A stretch of DNA of 64,000 nt from Nitrospinales bacterium (GTDB lineage: Bacteria; Nitrospinota; Nitrospinia; Nitrospinales; VA-1), in assembly GCA_965223795.1 (NCBI GenBank), contig CBDCXL010000002.1:1952001-2016000 (forward strand). The letters run 5' to 3'. The notes under the pieces are model-generated. The model saw nothing but the letters and a program-made list of their open reading frames with translations, ran no database searches and was not told where the DNA came from. Of this stretch, positions 16,829 to 25,990 are shown one piece after another (within the stretch, counting starts at the first letter, position 1; every line of letters begins with the position of its first letter). The position numbers were made by a program, and so were the translations under genes.

Positions 16829-17983
16829 ATGCAGGTGGAACAGAGAATCTGGACAAAGGAAAAAGGCTGGTCATCTGATTCGACTTCTACGGTTGAGAAA
16901 AACGCTCAACTGGCTTTTGTATTCGGAGACGCTCCGGTATTGAAAAACGGTGGGCATTACGAAGAAATAAAGAAATTTTACCCGAATGCGATGGTCATCG
17001 GCTGCTCCACCTCCGGAGAAATTTCCAACCGGCGGATTTACGATGGGTCTCTCGTTGTCAGCGCACTTCATCTTGAAAGCACGACGATCCAAACCGCTCA
17101 AGTCAAAACCTCGGATTATGAAAACAGCCAGGAGGTGGGCGAGGCACTGGTCCAGTCACTGGTCCAGTCACTTCCAAAAGAAGACCTCGTTCATGTCCTT
17201 GTATTTTCAGACGGGCTGAACGTGAATGGCAGCGACCTGGTTCGGGGCCTGCTCTCTGGCATTCCTGAAGGCGTGGGGCTCACGGGGGGACTCGCAGGCG
17301 ACGGCGATCGATTTCAGGAAACCCTGGTGTGTGCCGATGCGTTTCCGGAAAAGGAAAAAGTCGTGCTTGTTGGATTTTATGGAACACGTTTGAAGGTGGG
17401 GTACGGATCCATGAGCGGCTTTTCTCCTTTCGGTCCGGAGAGGCTCGTCACCAAAGCCAAAGGCAATGTGCTGTACGAGCTGGATGGCAAGTCGGCGCTG
17501 GATCTTTACAAAGAATATCTGGGCGAGGAGAAGGCGTCCAACCTGGCCGTGAACCAGTTTTATTTTCCCCTCAGTTACAAGGGAGAGGGGATGAAAGAGC
17601 CGGTGGTGCGGACCATTCTGAGCATCGATGAAAAAGAGAAAAGCATGACCTTTGCCGGCGACATCCTGGAGGGAGGGCACGCCCGGCTGATGAAGGCGAA
17701 TTACAACCGTCTGGTCGAGGGAGCGGGCAGCGCGGCGCAAACCTGCCTGAACGGAAGCAGCCATGAAAATCCGGATTTTGCGATTCTCATCAGTTGCGTC
17801 GGAAGAAAAATCGTCCTCAAACAGCGGGTGGAAGAAGAGATTGAAATCGTCCGCAATGTCTTGAAGGATAAACCCGTGCTCACAGGGTTTTACTCCTATG
17901 GGGAAATCGCGCATTTCAGCCCTTTTGAACCCTGCCAGTTGCACAATCAAACGATGACCATCACCACATTTCGAGAAGAATAA
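16829..17983 (+). CDS. FIST-domain signal transduction protein (NosP-like)
   Basis: IGCSTSGEI, GGLAGDG, ISCVGR, GFYSYGEI and LHNQTMTIT motifs. Confidence 0.92.
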   Translation: MQVEQRIWTKEKGWSSDSTSTVEKNAQLAFVFGDAPVLKNGGHYEEIKKFYPNAMVIGCSTSGEISNRRIYDGSLVVSALHLESTTIQTAQVKTSDYENSQEVGEALVQSLVQSLPKEDLVHVLVFSDGLNVNGSDLVRGLLSGIPEGVGLTGGLAGDGDRFQETLVCADAFPEKEKVVLVGFYGTRLKVGYGSMSGFSPFGPERLVTKAKGNVLYELDGKSALDLYKEYLGEEKASNLAVNQFYFPLSYKGEGMKEPVVRTILSIDEKEKSMTFAGDILEGGHARLMKANYNRLVEGAGSAAQTCLNGSSHENPDFAILISCVGRKIVLKQRVEEEIEIVRNVLKDKPVLTGFYSYGEIAHFSPFEPCQLHNQTMTITTFREE

Positions 17984-17986
17984 TCA

Positions 17987-19903
17987 GTGCACAAACTACT
18001 GATACAGCAGATTCGCCGGCATCTGGGAGACCCGGAAAACCTGCCTCCCGAATGGAAGGGGTTTATGGAAGCCGTTGACGCGGCTTACCGGGAGGCGGAA
18101 GAAGATTATGAAATGCTGGAACGCGCGATGGATCTGGCGTCCAAAGAACTTCTTGAGAAAAATGCGGATTTAAAACTGGAGATATCAGAACGAAAAAAGT
18201 TCCAGGAAGACATACAGGCGCTCACGCAGAGAAATCAATTGATACTGGATTCCGCGGGAGAAGGAATCTACGGATTGGATCGGGAAGGGAAAACCACATT
18301 TGTCAATCCCGCAGCGGAATTGATGTTGGGTTACACAGAAGAGGAACTGGTCGGAAAGCCTCAGCATTCCCTGATTCATCATTCCTATCCCGATGGAACA
18401 CACTATCCAAGAGAGCAATGTAATATTTATGCTGCTTTCAAGGATGGAAAGATCCACAGGGAATCTGAGGAAGTTTTTTGGAGAAAGGATGGTTCGTGTT
18501 TTCCCGTGGAATACTTCAGCACTCCTATTTTAGAAAATGGCGAAGTGATTGGAGCCGTTGTCATTTTTCAGGACATCACGCAACGTATTCAGGCTGAAGC
18601 AAGGTTGAAATCCTACAATGTGGAACTGGAAAAAAGGGTTGAAGAACGCACGGCCGATCTGATGCTAGCCATCAAACGTCAGGAGCAGGAGATCCAGGTT
18701 CGGCTCAAGACCGAACAGGCTTTGATTCAAGCAAAAAATGAAGCGGAAAATGCAAATCGGGCCAAATCCCAGTTTCTTTCGCGAATGAGCCACGAATTGC
18801 GAACACCTATGAACGCCATTCTGGGATTCGGGCAGCTTTTAGAAATTGATACCACGGACCCTCTGAGCCCCGGGCAAAAAGACAAGACAGATGAAATACT
18901 CAATGCGGGCAGGCATCTTCTCGATTTGATCAATGAAGTGCTCGATCTGGCCAGCATTGAGTCCGGACGTCAAGAACTGAAAATTGAAAAAGTCGGGATC
19001 AGAAAGATAGCTGAGGATGTAGTGTCTCTCATTCTACCTCTTGCGCAGGAAATGAACATCCAGTTGGAGAACCGGATTCAAATTGATAAGGAGGTTTTTG
19101 TACTGGCGGATCCAACCCGATTGAAACAGGTTTTGATCAATCTGCTTTCCAACGCGGTGAAATACAATCAGGCAAATGGCAGCGTTTACCTGTCGATCGA
19201 TAACGATTCACAGGAAGTATTGAAAATAAATGTTCAGGATACCGGAAAGGGAATCCCCCTGGAAAAGCAAAAAGATTTGTTTGAACCCTTCAACCGGCTC
19301 GACGCGGAAAAATCAAATATTTCCGGCACCGGCATCGGGTTGACCATCACCAAACAAATCGTGGAACTCATGAACGGCAGCGTGTCCTTTAAGAGTGTTT
19401 TGGGAGAAGGAAGCTGCTTTACGGTAGAGATTCCAAGATTTCGTGAAAAGAAGTCGTGTGTAGACGCTTCGAATTTTCCTGATTGCCTCGCAATTGATGG
19501 GGGAGAAGGTAGGAAAAAAACAGTACTGTATGTGGAGGACAATCCTGTCAATGTAGCCGTTGTGCGAGAAATGTTCTCAAAATTTAAAAAAATTGAATTC
19601 CTGTCTGCAAAAAATGCGGAATTGGGGATGGAGCTTGTCGAAAAGCACAGACCGGATCTCATATTGATGGATATCGATTTGCCGGGAATGGATGGAATAA
19701 CAGCCACTGAAAAACTGAAAAAAAAAGAGCACACCAAGAACGTCCCTGTTATCGCCGTCAGCGCGAATGCGTTTGAAGCCGATATTAAAAATGCGCTTTC
19801 GAAGGGATTTCATTCCTACTTCACCAAACCCATTGATATGCCTTCTTTCATCCACACTTTGAATGAAGTGCTGGAACTGGATACTTCATCTCACATTCTA
19901 TAA
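17987..19903 (+). CDS. Hybrid sensor histidine kinase (PAS-HisKA-HATPase-REC)
   Basis: PAS domain (GEGIYGLD..FVNPAA), H-box MSHELRTPMN, N/G boxes and receiver LYVEDN..LMDIDLP; starts 3 nt after the FIST gene. Confidence 0.93.
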   Translation: MHKLLIQQIRRHLGDPENLPPEWKGFMEAVDAAYREAEEDYEMLERAMDLASKELLEKNADLKLEISERKKFQEDIQALTQRNQLILDSAGEGIYGLDREGKTTFVNPAAELMLGYTEEELVGKPQHSLIHHSYPDGTHYPREQCNIYAAFKDGKIHRESEEVFWRKDGSCFPVEYFSTPILENGEVIGAVVIFQDITQRIQAEARLKSYNVELEKRVEERTADLMLAIKRQEQEIQVRLKTEQALIQAKNEAENANRAKSQFLSRMSHELRTPMNAILGFGQLLEIDTTDPLSPGQKDKTDEILNAGRHLLDLINEVLDLASIESGRQELKIEKVGIRKIAEDVVSLILPLAQEMNIQLENRIQIDKEVFVLADPTRLKQVLINLLSNAVKYNQANGSVYLSIDNDSQEVLKINVQDTGKGIPLEKQKDLFEPFNRLDAEKSNISGTGIGLTITKQIVELMNGSVSFKSVLGEGSCFTVEIPRFREKKSCVDASNFPDCLAIDGGEGRKKTVLYVEDNPVNVAVVREMFSKFKKIEFLSAKNAELGMELVEKHRPDLILMDIDLPGMDGITATEKLKKKEHTKNVPVIAVSANAFEADIKNALSKGFHSYFTKPIDMPSFIHTLNEVLELDTSSHIL

Positions 19904-19948
19904 ATTCCTCATTAAGAAAAAAACATCACAATCGTTCGCATTGATAAC

Positions 19949-19986
19949 AAAAAAAGGGCCTTTGAAATTCAAAGGCCCTTCCTTTT
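19949..19986. terminator. Bidirectional intrinsic terminator
   Basis: 13-bp stem AAGGGCCTTTGAA/TTCAAAGGCCCTT flanked by A- and T-rich runs. Confidence 0.8.
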
Positions 19987-19987
19987 C

Positions 19988-20065
<78 letters not shown>

Positions 20066-20082
20066 TTTTGTCTTTTTTCCGC

Positions 20083-20991
20083 TCAGTGGTGGTAGCGGGA
20101 GTGCATCTTTTTCACCCGTTTTCTCTGTTCGGGAGTGAGGATCTTGAGCACCGCGATCTTGGCTTCGATCTTGGCCTTGATCTTTTTCGCTTTGGCTTCG
20201 ATCAGGCGCTGACCCACGGCGCGGATGGCGGATTCATCGACGGTGTCCGAATGGGCGAGGCGATCCAGCTCCATTTTCGCGATGGCCTTGTCGGCTTTGG
20301 CCTGGATCTTGGTCTTTCTGTATTCGAATTCGTGCTGTTTCAGCTCCGCGATCTGCTCGTCGCTGAGCATGAGCTTGTTCTTGAACCGCAATACATGGTG
20401 GAACGGATCCACTTTGTGGTGATGCCGTCCGTGTTTACCGTATCCATGGCCGCCTTTGCTGCCTTCTCCCTTGTGGGCGTAACCGTGGCCTTTGCGGTGA
20501 TGGCCCTTGCCGTGCGAGTAGGATTTGCCTTTACTGCCTTCGCCTTTGTGGCCGTAGCTGTGACCTTTGTAGTGGTGGCCCTTGCCGTGCGAGTCGAATT
20601 TGCCTTTGCTGCCTTCGCCTTTCTTGTGGGCGTAGCCGTGGCCTTTGTAGTGATGGCCTTTAGTGTGCGGGGAAGATTTGCCCTTGCTGCCCTCGCTTTT
20701 TTTCATTTCAGGCTTGGCTTTGCTGCCTTCGGATTTCGTGGAGGAAGGAGCCGATTCCGCCGAAACATTCGTGTCCCCTTGCGGCGCTGCACCGGGATTC
20801 ATGGATGCGGTCGTGTCGTCCTCAAAGCTGTAACTGCCTTTGCTGTCCGTCCCCGGTGAGAATTGAGCTTTGATGATTTCGGGTGAGGCGCTGTCGTGAT
20901 GCGGATGCGCCGCCGCGGTCGAGGCGGAAAACATAAGGATGAGCGCTGAGAACAGAAAACAGTTAATGGGTTTTGCGTGTTTAGCGAGCAT
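20083..20991 (-). CDS. Exported protein with His/Lys/Gly-rich repeats and C-terminal Spy/CpxP (LTxxQ) domain
   Basis: GGAGG RBS, signal peptide ending AAA|H, LSDEQ and LTPEQ motifs, repeated EGSKG...GHH.KGH.Y.H. Confidence 0.85.
   Translation of the reverse strand: MLAKHAKPINCFLFSALILMFSASTAAAHPHHDSASPEIIKAQFSPGTDSKGSYSFEDDTTASMNPGAAPQGDTNVSAESAPSSTKSEGSKAKPEMKKSEGSKGKSSPHTKGHHYKGHGYAHKKGEGSKGKFDSHGKGHHYKGHSYGHKGEGSKGKSYSHGKGHHRKGHGYAHKGEGSKGGHGYGKHGRHHHKVDPFHHVLRFKNKLMLSDEQIAELKQHEFEYRKTKIQAKADKAIAKMELDRLAHSDTVDESAIRAVGQRLIEAKAKKIKAKIEAKIAVLKILTPEQRKRVKKMHSRYHH
20416..20730 (-). repeat. 75-78 bp coding repeats (EGSKGK..SH.KGHH.KGH.Y.HKG)
   Basis: Three full units of 25-26 aa plus partial units; five EGSK motifs. 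Confidence 0.85.
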
Positions 20992-21159
20992 GGGATCCTC
21001 CCTCAAAAAAATCTGTATTTCGGCAAGGGGCCTTGTATAAGGACCTTCAGTATTGTCCATTCGATATTCAATTCTCTCATTTTTGGGGAGGAAAACCCAA
21101 GCGGAAAAGCAGACGGGACTGGCGGGTGACATTGCGTCCGGGCGCCCGCTTCGCAAAAG

Positions 21160-21236
<77 letters not shown>

Positions 21237-21248
21237 ATTGTGGAAATT

Positions 21249-21325
21249 TGGGGTGAGCGACGGGACTTGAACCCGCGACAACTGGAGCCACAATCCAGTA
21301 CTCTACCAACTGAGCTACGCCCACC
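21249..21325 (-). tRNA. tRNA-His(GTG)
   Basis: GGTGGGCGTAGCTCAGTTGGTAGAG...TTGTGGC loop...GGTTCAAGTCC...CACCCCA, with encoded G-1. Confidence 0.96.
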
Positions 21326-21367
21326 ATTCGAATTTGTTCGAGTCCGAAATATTGCGTTCAGAAGGAA

Positions 21368-21397
21368 AGTGTAATCCATACATGCCCCTGTTGTAAA
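21368..21397 (-). promoter_or_regulatory. Putative sigma70 promoter for the tRNA-His/Arg pair
   Basis: TTTACA-N18-TACACT upstream of tRNA-His. Confidence 0.45.
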
Positions 21398-21505
21398 ACG
21401 AATTTTTATCCGGATTTTTCCCGGGATCGGGCGGTGATTCAAATCCGCCCCGGGCCGCTTATTTCCTGATTTCGCCTGAATTTCCGGGGCCGCCCCGATG
21501 CGGGA

Positions 21506-21964
21506 TCATTTGATGACGCGCAGGTGGCTGCGATCCCGCTTGCCGGGAGGGGAATCCGTGGTTTTCTTCTTCTTCCCTTCCAGGGCCTGGGGAGCCGGCT
21601 TTGGCGGCTGCTGGGGCTGGGATTTGTTGAGGATCTGGTCCGCCAGGTTGATGTCTTTGGGCAGACTTTCCTCCCAGACCTGGCCTTTTTTCATCTTCGG
21701 CTCATAGATAGCCCAGACAGCCTCGAAGGGAATCTCGCATTTGTGCGGCCGCCCGTTGAACGACAGGGTGACGTAGATGCCTTCTTTTTGAATGTCGATG
21801 GGGCGGCGGAAATTGAGGTTGAAGATCAGATTGAGCGAAGGATCGTTTTTATAGGCCTTCGGCACCATCACGTCCGGCTGCCGGGCGTCCAGGCACACCA
21901 TGGCGTCCCCTTCGCTGAGCAGGCTGAGCAGAAAATCGTACTTCTCCTTGTGGATGTCTTCCAT
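21506..21964 (-). CDS. sspB: SspB-like ClpXP adaptor
   Basis: TLSFNG...CEIPFEAVWAI core and C-terminal ClpX-binding-like tail RSHLRVIK. Confidence 0.8.
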   Translation of the reverse strand: MEDIHKEKYDFLLSLLSEGDAMVCLDARQPDVMVPKAYKNDPSLNLIFNLNFRRPIDIQKEGIYVTLSFNGRPHKCEIPFEAVWAIYEPKMKKGQVWEESLPKDINLADQILNKSQPQQPPKPAPQALEGKKKKTTDSPPGKRDRSHLRVIK

Positions 21965-22208
21965 TCGCATAAAATACCACAAATTGGCATATCGAAAAAG
22001 GTATCCCGTGTGCCGAGGCGGGCAGGCGGTTTTGCCCCGCCTGATAAGGCGGTCTTGTGGGGAGCCGAAACGGGATGCTATCATGCTCAATCGATTGATT
22101 CTTTCCAGGCGCCCCGGTGGGCGTTCCCGGGTCCGCAAACGGGTCGCCGCAACCGGTCCGGATGTCAGGCAGGGATTTGGTGCAACGGTTGGGTTGGGAG
22201 ACAAAGCT

Positions 22209-23123
22209 ATGACTTTTTTGAAGAAACTGGGATTCACGCTGTGCGCGTGGGTGTTTTTCCACTCCGCGGGCCTGCCTCAGGCGGCCGCGGAAACGGTGCA
22301 GGTGATGGAAAACGTGTACACGATCGTTCACGGTGAAGGCGTGGATTCCAACACCACGTTCATCGTCACCCGGGAAGGGGTGATCGTGATCGACACCCGC
22401 CTGAACCCGCACGAGGCGCGCATGGTGATCGAGGAAATCCGCAAAGTGACGGATCAACCCATCCGCTACACCATCAACACGCATTATCACGGCGACCACA
22501 CTTTCGGCAATCAGGTGTTTAAAGATTCAAAAGCCATCATCGCGCACCAGAATGTGCGCAAATCGCTGATCGGCTCGCAGGGCAGGGATCACCTGGAACG
22601 GGCCCGATCGTTCAAGCTGCCGGGGCTGGACGACGTCGTCGTGACTCCGCCCAATATGGTGTTCGAAAAGAAAATGGACCTTTACCTGGGCGGCTACCAC
22701 CTTGAGCTGATCCACCTGGGGCGGGCGCACACGGACGGGGACATCTTCATTTATCTCGATGCGCTGAAAACCGTCATCACGGGAGATCTCGTGTTCAACC
22801 ACGCGCATCCCTACATGGGCGACGGGTACGTGGACGAATGGATCGCCGCCCTGGATTACATCGAGGACATCAACAACGAAGTGGTGATCCCCGGCCACGG
22901 CGACGTGGGCGGAAAGCCGCTCGTGATCGCCATGAAGCACTACCTGCTGGACCTTAAGGAGATGGTGAACCTGGAGCTGGAAGCGGGGAAAGACCTGGAA
23001 GAAACGGTGGAAGCGGTGCGGCAGGGCATGCTGAAAAAATACAAAGGCTGGGACAAGCCGAAAAACCTGGACGGCAACATCAAGCGCACCTACCTGGAAC
23101 TCAGCCTCAAAAAATCGTCGTAG
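22209..23123 (+). CDS. Exported MBL-fold metallo-hydrolase
   Basis: Signal peptide; THYHGDH, AHTDGD, TGDL and PGHG motifs. Confidence 0.9.
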   Translation: MTFLKKLGFTLCAWVFFHSAGLPQAAAETVQVMENVYTIVHGEGVDSNTTFIVTREGVIVIDTRLNPHEARMVIEEIRKVTDQPIRYTINTHYHGDHTFGNQVFKDSKAIIAHQNVRKSLIGSQGRDHLERARSFKLPGLDDVVVTPPNMVFEKKMDLYLGGYHLELIHLGRAHTDGDIFIYLDALKTVITGDLVFNHAHPYMGDGYVDEWIAALDYIEDINNEVVIPGHGDVGGKPLVIAMKHYLLDLKEMVNLELEAGKDLEETVEAVRQGMLKKYKGWDKPKNLDGNIKRTYLELSLKKSS

Positions 23124-23167
23124 ACGCGGACGAGAAGGCGGACACCGGCGGCCCGGCCGGGAAGGAC

Positions 23168-24961
23168 CTAGTCGTTGAGCACGCCTTTTTTCTTCCAGTA
23201 TTCCCGGAGTGTGTGCTCCTCGTCCAGAAACGTGTCCAGATAGGTGTGGTTGGCGGGGATCATGGGCATCACGTGCCCCATGCTCTTGTCGTTGTAGGGG
23301 TACTTGACGTCGAGAACGTAGGGGCCCTTGTGCTTGAGCATGCGCTTGAGTGCGGGCACCACCTCTTCGGGCTTGGAGATGCTTTCCGACTCGATGCCGA
23401 ACGCGTGGGCGATTTCAGCGAAATTGGCGTCACCCAGAAACGTGTGGCCCCGCAGCGATTTGTAGAACCGGTCCTCCCACTGGGCGACCATGCCCAGATG
23501 GGCATTGTTCAAAACCACGTTCTTGACCGGGATGTTTTCGATCCGCAAGGTCTGCAACTCCTGAATGTTCATCAGAAAACTGCCGTCGCCCTCGATGTTG
23601 ATCACCTGCCGCTTGGGATAAGCGACCTGCGCCCCCATGGCCGCGGGCAGCCCGAACCCCATCGCACCCAGTCCCGATGAGCACAGCCAGTGGAACGGCT
23701 TGTCGAAATTCCAGTACTGGGCCACCCACATCTGGTGCTGGCCGACGCCGACGGAAACGATCACGTCCTTGTCCGCCATCTTGTTGCATTCCTCGATGAC
23801 GTGCTGGGGAACGATGGCTTTTTTATCGAGTTTGTACTGCAGTGGAAATTCCTTCTTCCAGGCATCGATCTGCTTGTGCCACGGGCCGATGTCCTTTTTG
23901 GGCTCCACCAGCTCGTTCATCATTTTGAGCGCCTGTTTGACGTCGCCCTGAATGGGAATTTCCACCGGAATGTTTTTATTGATCTCCGAGGCGTCGATGT
24001 CCACGTGGATGAATTTGGCGCCTTTGCAGAATTCGGACAGCTTGCCGGTGACCCGGTCGTCGAAGCGCACGCCGAGGGCAATCACCAGGTCCGCGTGGTT
24101 GATGGCGATGTTGGCGTACACCGCGCCGTGCATGCCCAGCATGCGCAGCGACAGCGGGTCTTCCGAGGGGTACGCGCCGAGGCCCATGACCGTGGTGGTG
24201 ACGGGCACTTTCGATTTGCGCACGAAGGTCACCAGCTCCTGAGAAGCCCCCGAGGAGACGATGCCGCCGCCTGCGTAGATGAGCGGACGCTTGGCTTCCT
24301 TGATGGCGTGGATCGCCTTTTTGATCTGCATGGCGGACGGTTTCAGATTGGGCTTGTAGCTGGCCAGGTCGAACTTGACCTTGAAATCCGGAACGGTCTC
24401 CTGCTGCTGGATGTTTTTGGGAATGTCGATCAACACCGGTCCCGGCCGTCCTGATTTGGCGATGATGAACGCTTCGTGCACCACCTGCGGAATTTCATTG
24501 AGGCTCTGGACCAGGTAGCTGTGCTTGACCAGAGGGAAGGTGGCGCCCATGATGTCGGTTTCCTGAAAGGCATCGGTGCCCAGAACGGTGGAGGGCACCT
24601 GACCGGTGATGGCGACGATGGGAATGGAATCCATCTTCGCGTCCATGATGCCGGTGAGCAGATTGGTCGCCCCGGGTCCGGATGTGGCCAGGCACACGCC
24701 GACTCTGCCCGTGCTGCGGGCGTAACCGCCGGCGGCGAAGCTGCCTCCCTGCTCGTGCCGCGGCAGCACCATGCGGATTTTCTTGCTCAGCGTCAAACCC
24801 TGATGGATTTCCATCGACGCGCCGCCGGGATAGCCGAAAATGACATCCACGCCCTCATTTTCCAGGGCCTTGACGAGAATGTCGCGGCCTTTCATGATGG
24901 GCGCGGCGCTCTGGGCTTTGCTGGCGGCGGGTTTCTTCTTTTTTGCGGTTTTGGTCGTCAT
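23168..24961 (-). CDS. ilvB: Acetolactate synthase large subunit
   Basis: FGYPGGA, RHEQG, TSGPGATN, RFDDRVTG, GDGSFLMN and LGMVAQW motifs. Confidence 0.96.
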   Translation of the reverse strand: MTTKTAKKKKPAASKAQSAAPIMKGRDILVKALENEGVDVIFGYPGGASMEIHQGLTLSKKIRMVLPRHEQGGSFAAGGYARSTGRVGVCLATSGPGATNLLTGIMDAKMDSIPIVAITGQVPSTVLGTDAFQETDIMGATFPLVKHSYLVQSLNEIPQVVHEAFIIAKSGRPGPVLIDIPKNIQQQETVPDFKVKFDLASYKPNLKPSAMQIKKAIHAIKEAKRPLIYAGGGIVSSGASQELVTFVRKSKVPVTTTVMGLGAYPSEDPLSLRMLGMHGAVYANIAINHADLVIALGVRFDDRVTGKLSEFCKGAKFIHVDIDASEINKNIPVEIPIQGDVKQALKMMNELVEPKKDIGPWHKQIDAWKKEFPLQYKLDKKAIVPQHVIEECNKMADKDVIVSVGVGQHQMWVAQYWNFDKPFHWLCSSGLGAMGFGLPAAMGAQVAYPKRQVINIEGDGSFLMNIQELQTLRIENIPVKNVVLNNAHLGMVAQWEDRFYKSLRGHTFLGDANFAEIAHAFGIESESISKPEEVVPALKRMLKHKGPYVLDVKYPYNDKSMGHVMPMIPANHTYLDTFLDEEHTLREYWKKKGVLND

Positions 24962-25033
24962 GGTGTGTTGAGCACGTTAACTGAATTGCGGTTTTATGTC
25001 AAACCCAATCCCGGTCCCGCAAGCGGATTGGAT

Positions 25034-25990
25034 TCAAGACCTTCCCCGCCCATCGGTGCGGTTTGCAGACGGTTTCACCTGAGCCAGGATGATCCCTTCG
25101 CGCAGGCCGTATTCGCTCACGGTGAGCCGCTCGCAGCCGAACGCCCGCATGGTTTCGAGCACCAGCAGCCCGCCCGCAATGATGAGGTCCTCGCGTCCCC
25201 GCTCCAGCGGCTTGAGTTCCAGCCTTTCGGCGAGGGAACGGCTTTTCAGGCCGTTCTGGATTGCCCGGATTCGGTCCCGCGAAAGGACATGGCCGTGGAT
25301 CTTTTGTGGATCATACGGAAACAGATCCAGATCCAGCGCCGCCAGCGTCGTCACGGTGCCGGCGGTGCCGACCAGAAGCTCGGGCTGGAAGGCGTTCAAC
25401 CCGTTTTTGACTTCGTGAAGCCCGGCGCGGATATGGTCCCGCATGGCATTGTATTCCGATTCCTCGACCGGGTGGCAAGTGAGAAACCGTTCGGTCATCC
25501 GGACAGTTCCGAGCAGCGTGCCCTGGGCCTGCTGCATTTTGTTGCCCTCGGACAGAATGAATTCCGTGCTGCCGCCGCCGATGTCGAAGCTCAGGGCCGG
25601 CCGGTTTTGATGCTCGATGTTCCAGAAAACCCCCTCGAGGGTGAGGCGGGCTTCCTCCTCCCAGGGGATCACCTCGATGGCGATGCCGGTGTGCTGCTGC
25701 ACTTTTTCCACGAATTCCGCGCCGTTGGACGCTTCCCGGATCGCGCTGGTGGCCACCGCCCGGAGGGTCAGCGGCTGGTAGAGGCTCAGAATCTGCTGAA
25801 ATTCCGACAGCACCTGCACGGTCAGGTCCATCCTTTCGGGAAGCAGGCGCTTCCCGGTGTCCATGCCTTCGCCCAGCCGCGTGATCCGGCGTGCGGACTC
25901 CAGCTCTTTCAGGCTGCCGCTGTCGCCGCCTTCCAGAATCAGGAGCCGCACGGTGTTGGTGCCGATGTCGATGGAGGCGAAGCGTTTCAT
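25034..25990 (-). CDS. ppx: Ppx/GppA family phosphatase
   Basis: IDIGTNTVRL, ATSAIREASN, DIGGGSTE and GLREG motifs; ATGA overlap with the upstream gene. Confidence 0.92.
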   Translation of the reverse strand: MKRFASIDIGTNTVRLLILEGGDSGSLKELESARRITRLGEGMDTGKRLLPERMDLTVQVLSEFQQILSLYQPLTLRAVATSAIREASNGAEFVEKVQQHTGIAIEVIPWEEEARLTLEGVFWNIEHQNRPALSFDIGGGSTEFILSEGNKMQQAQGTLLGTVRMTERFLTCHPVEESEYNAMRDHIRAGLHEVKNGLNAFQPELLVGTAGTVTTLAALDLDLFPYDPQKIHGHVLSRDRIRAIQNGLKSRSLAERLELKPLERGREDLIIAGGLLVLETMRAFGCERLTVSEYGLREGIILAQVKPSANRTDGRGRS

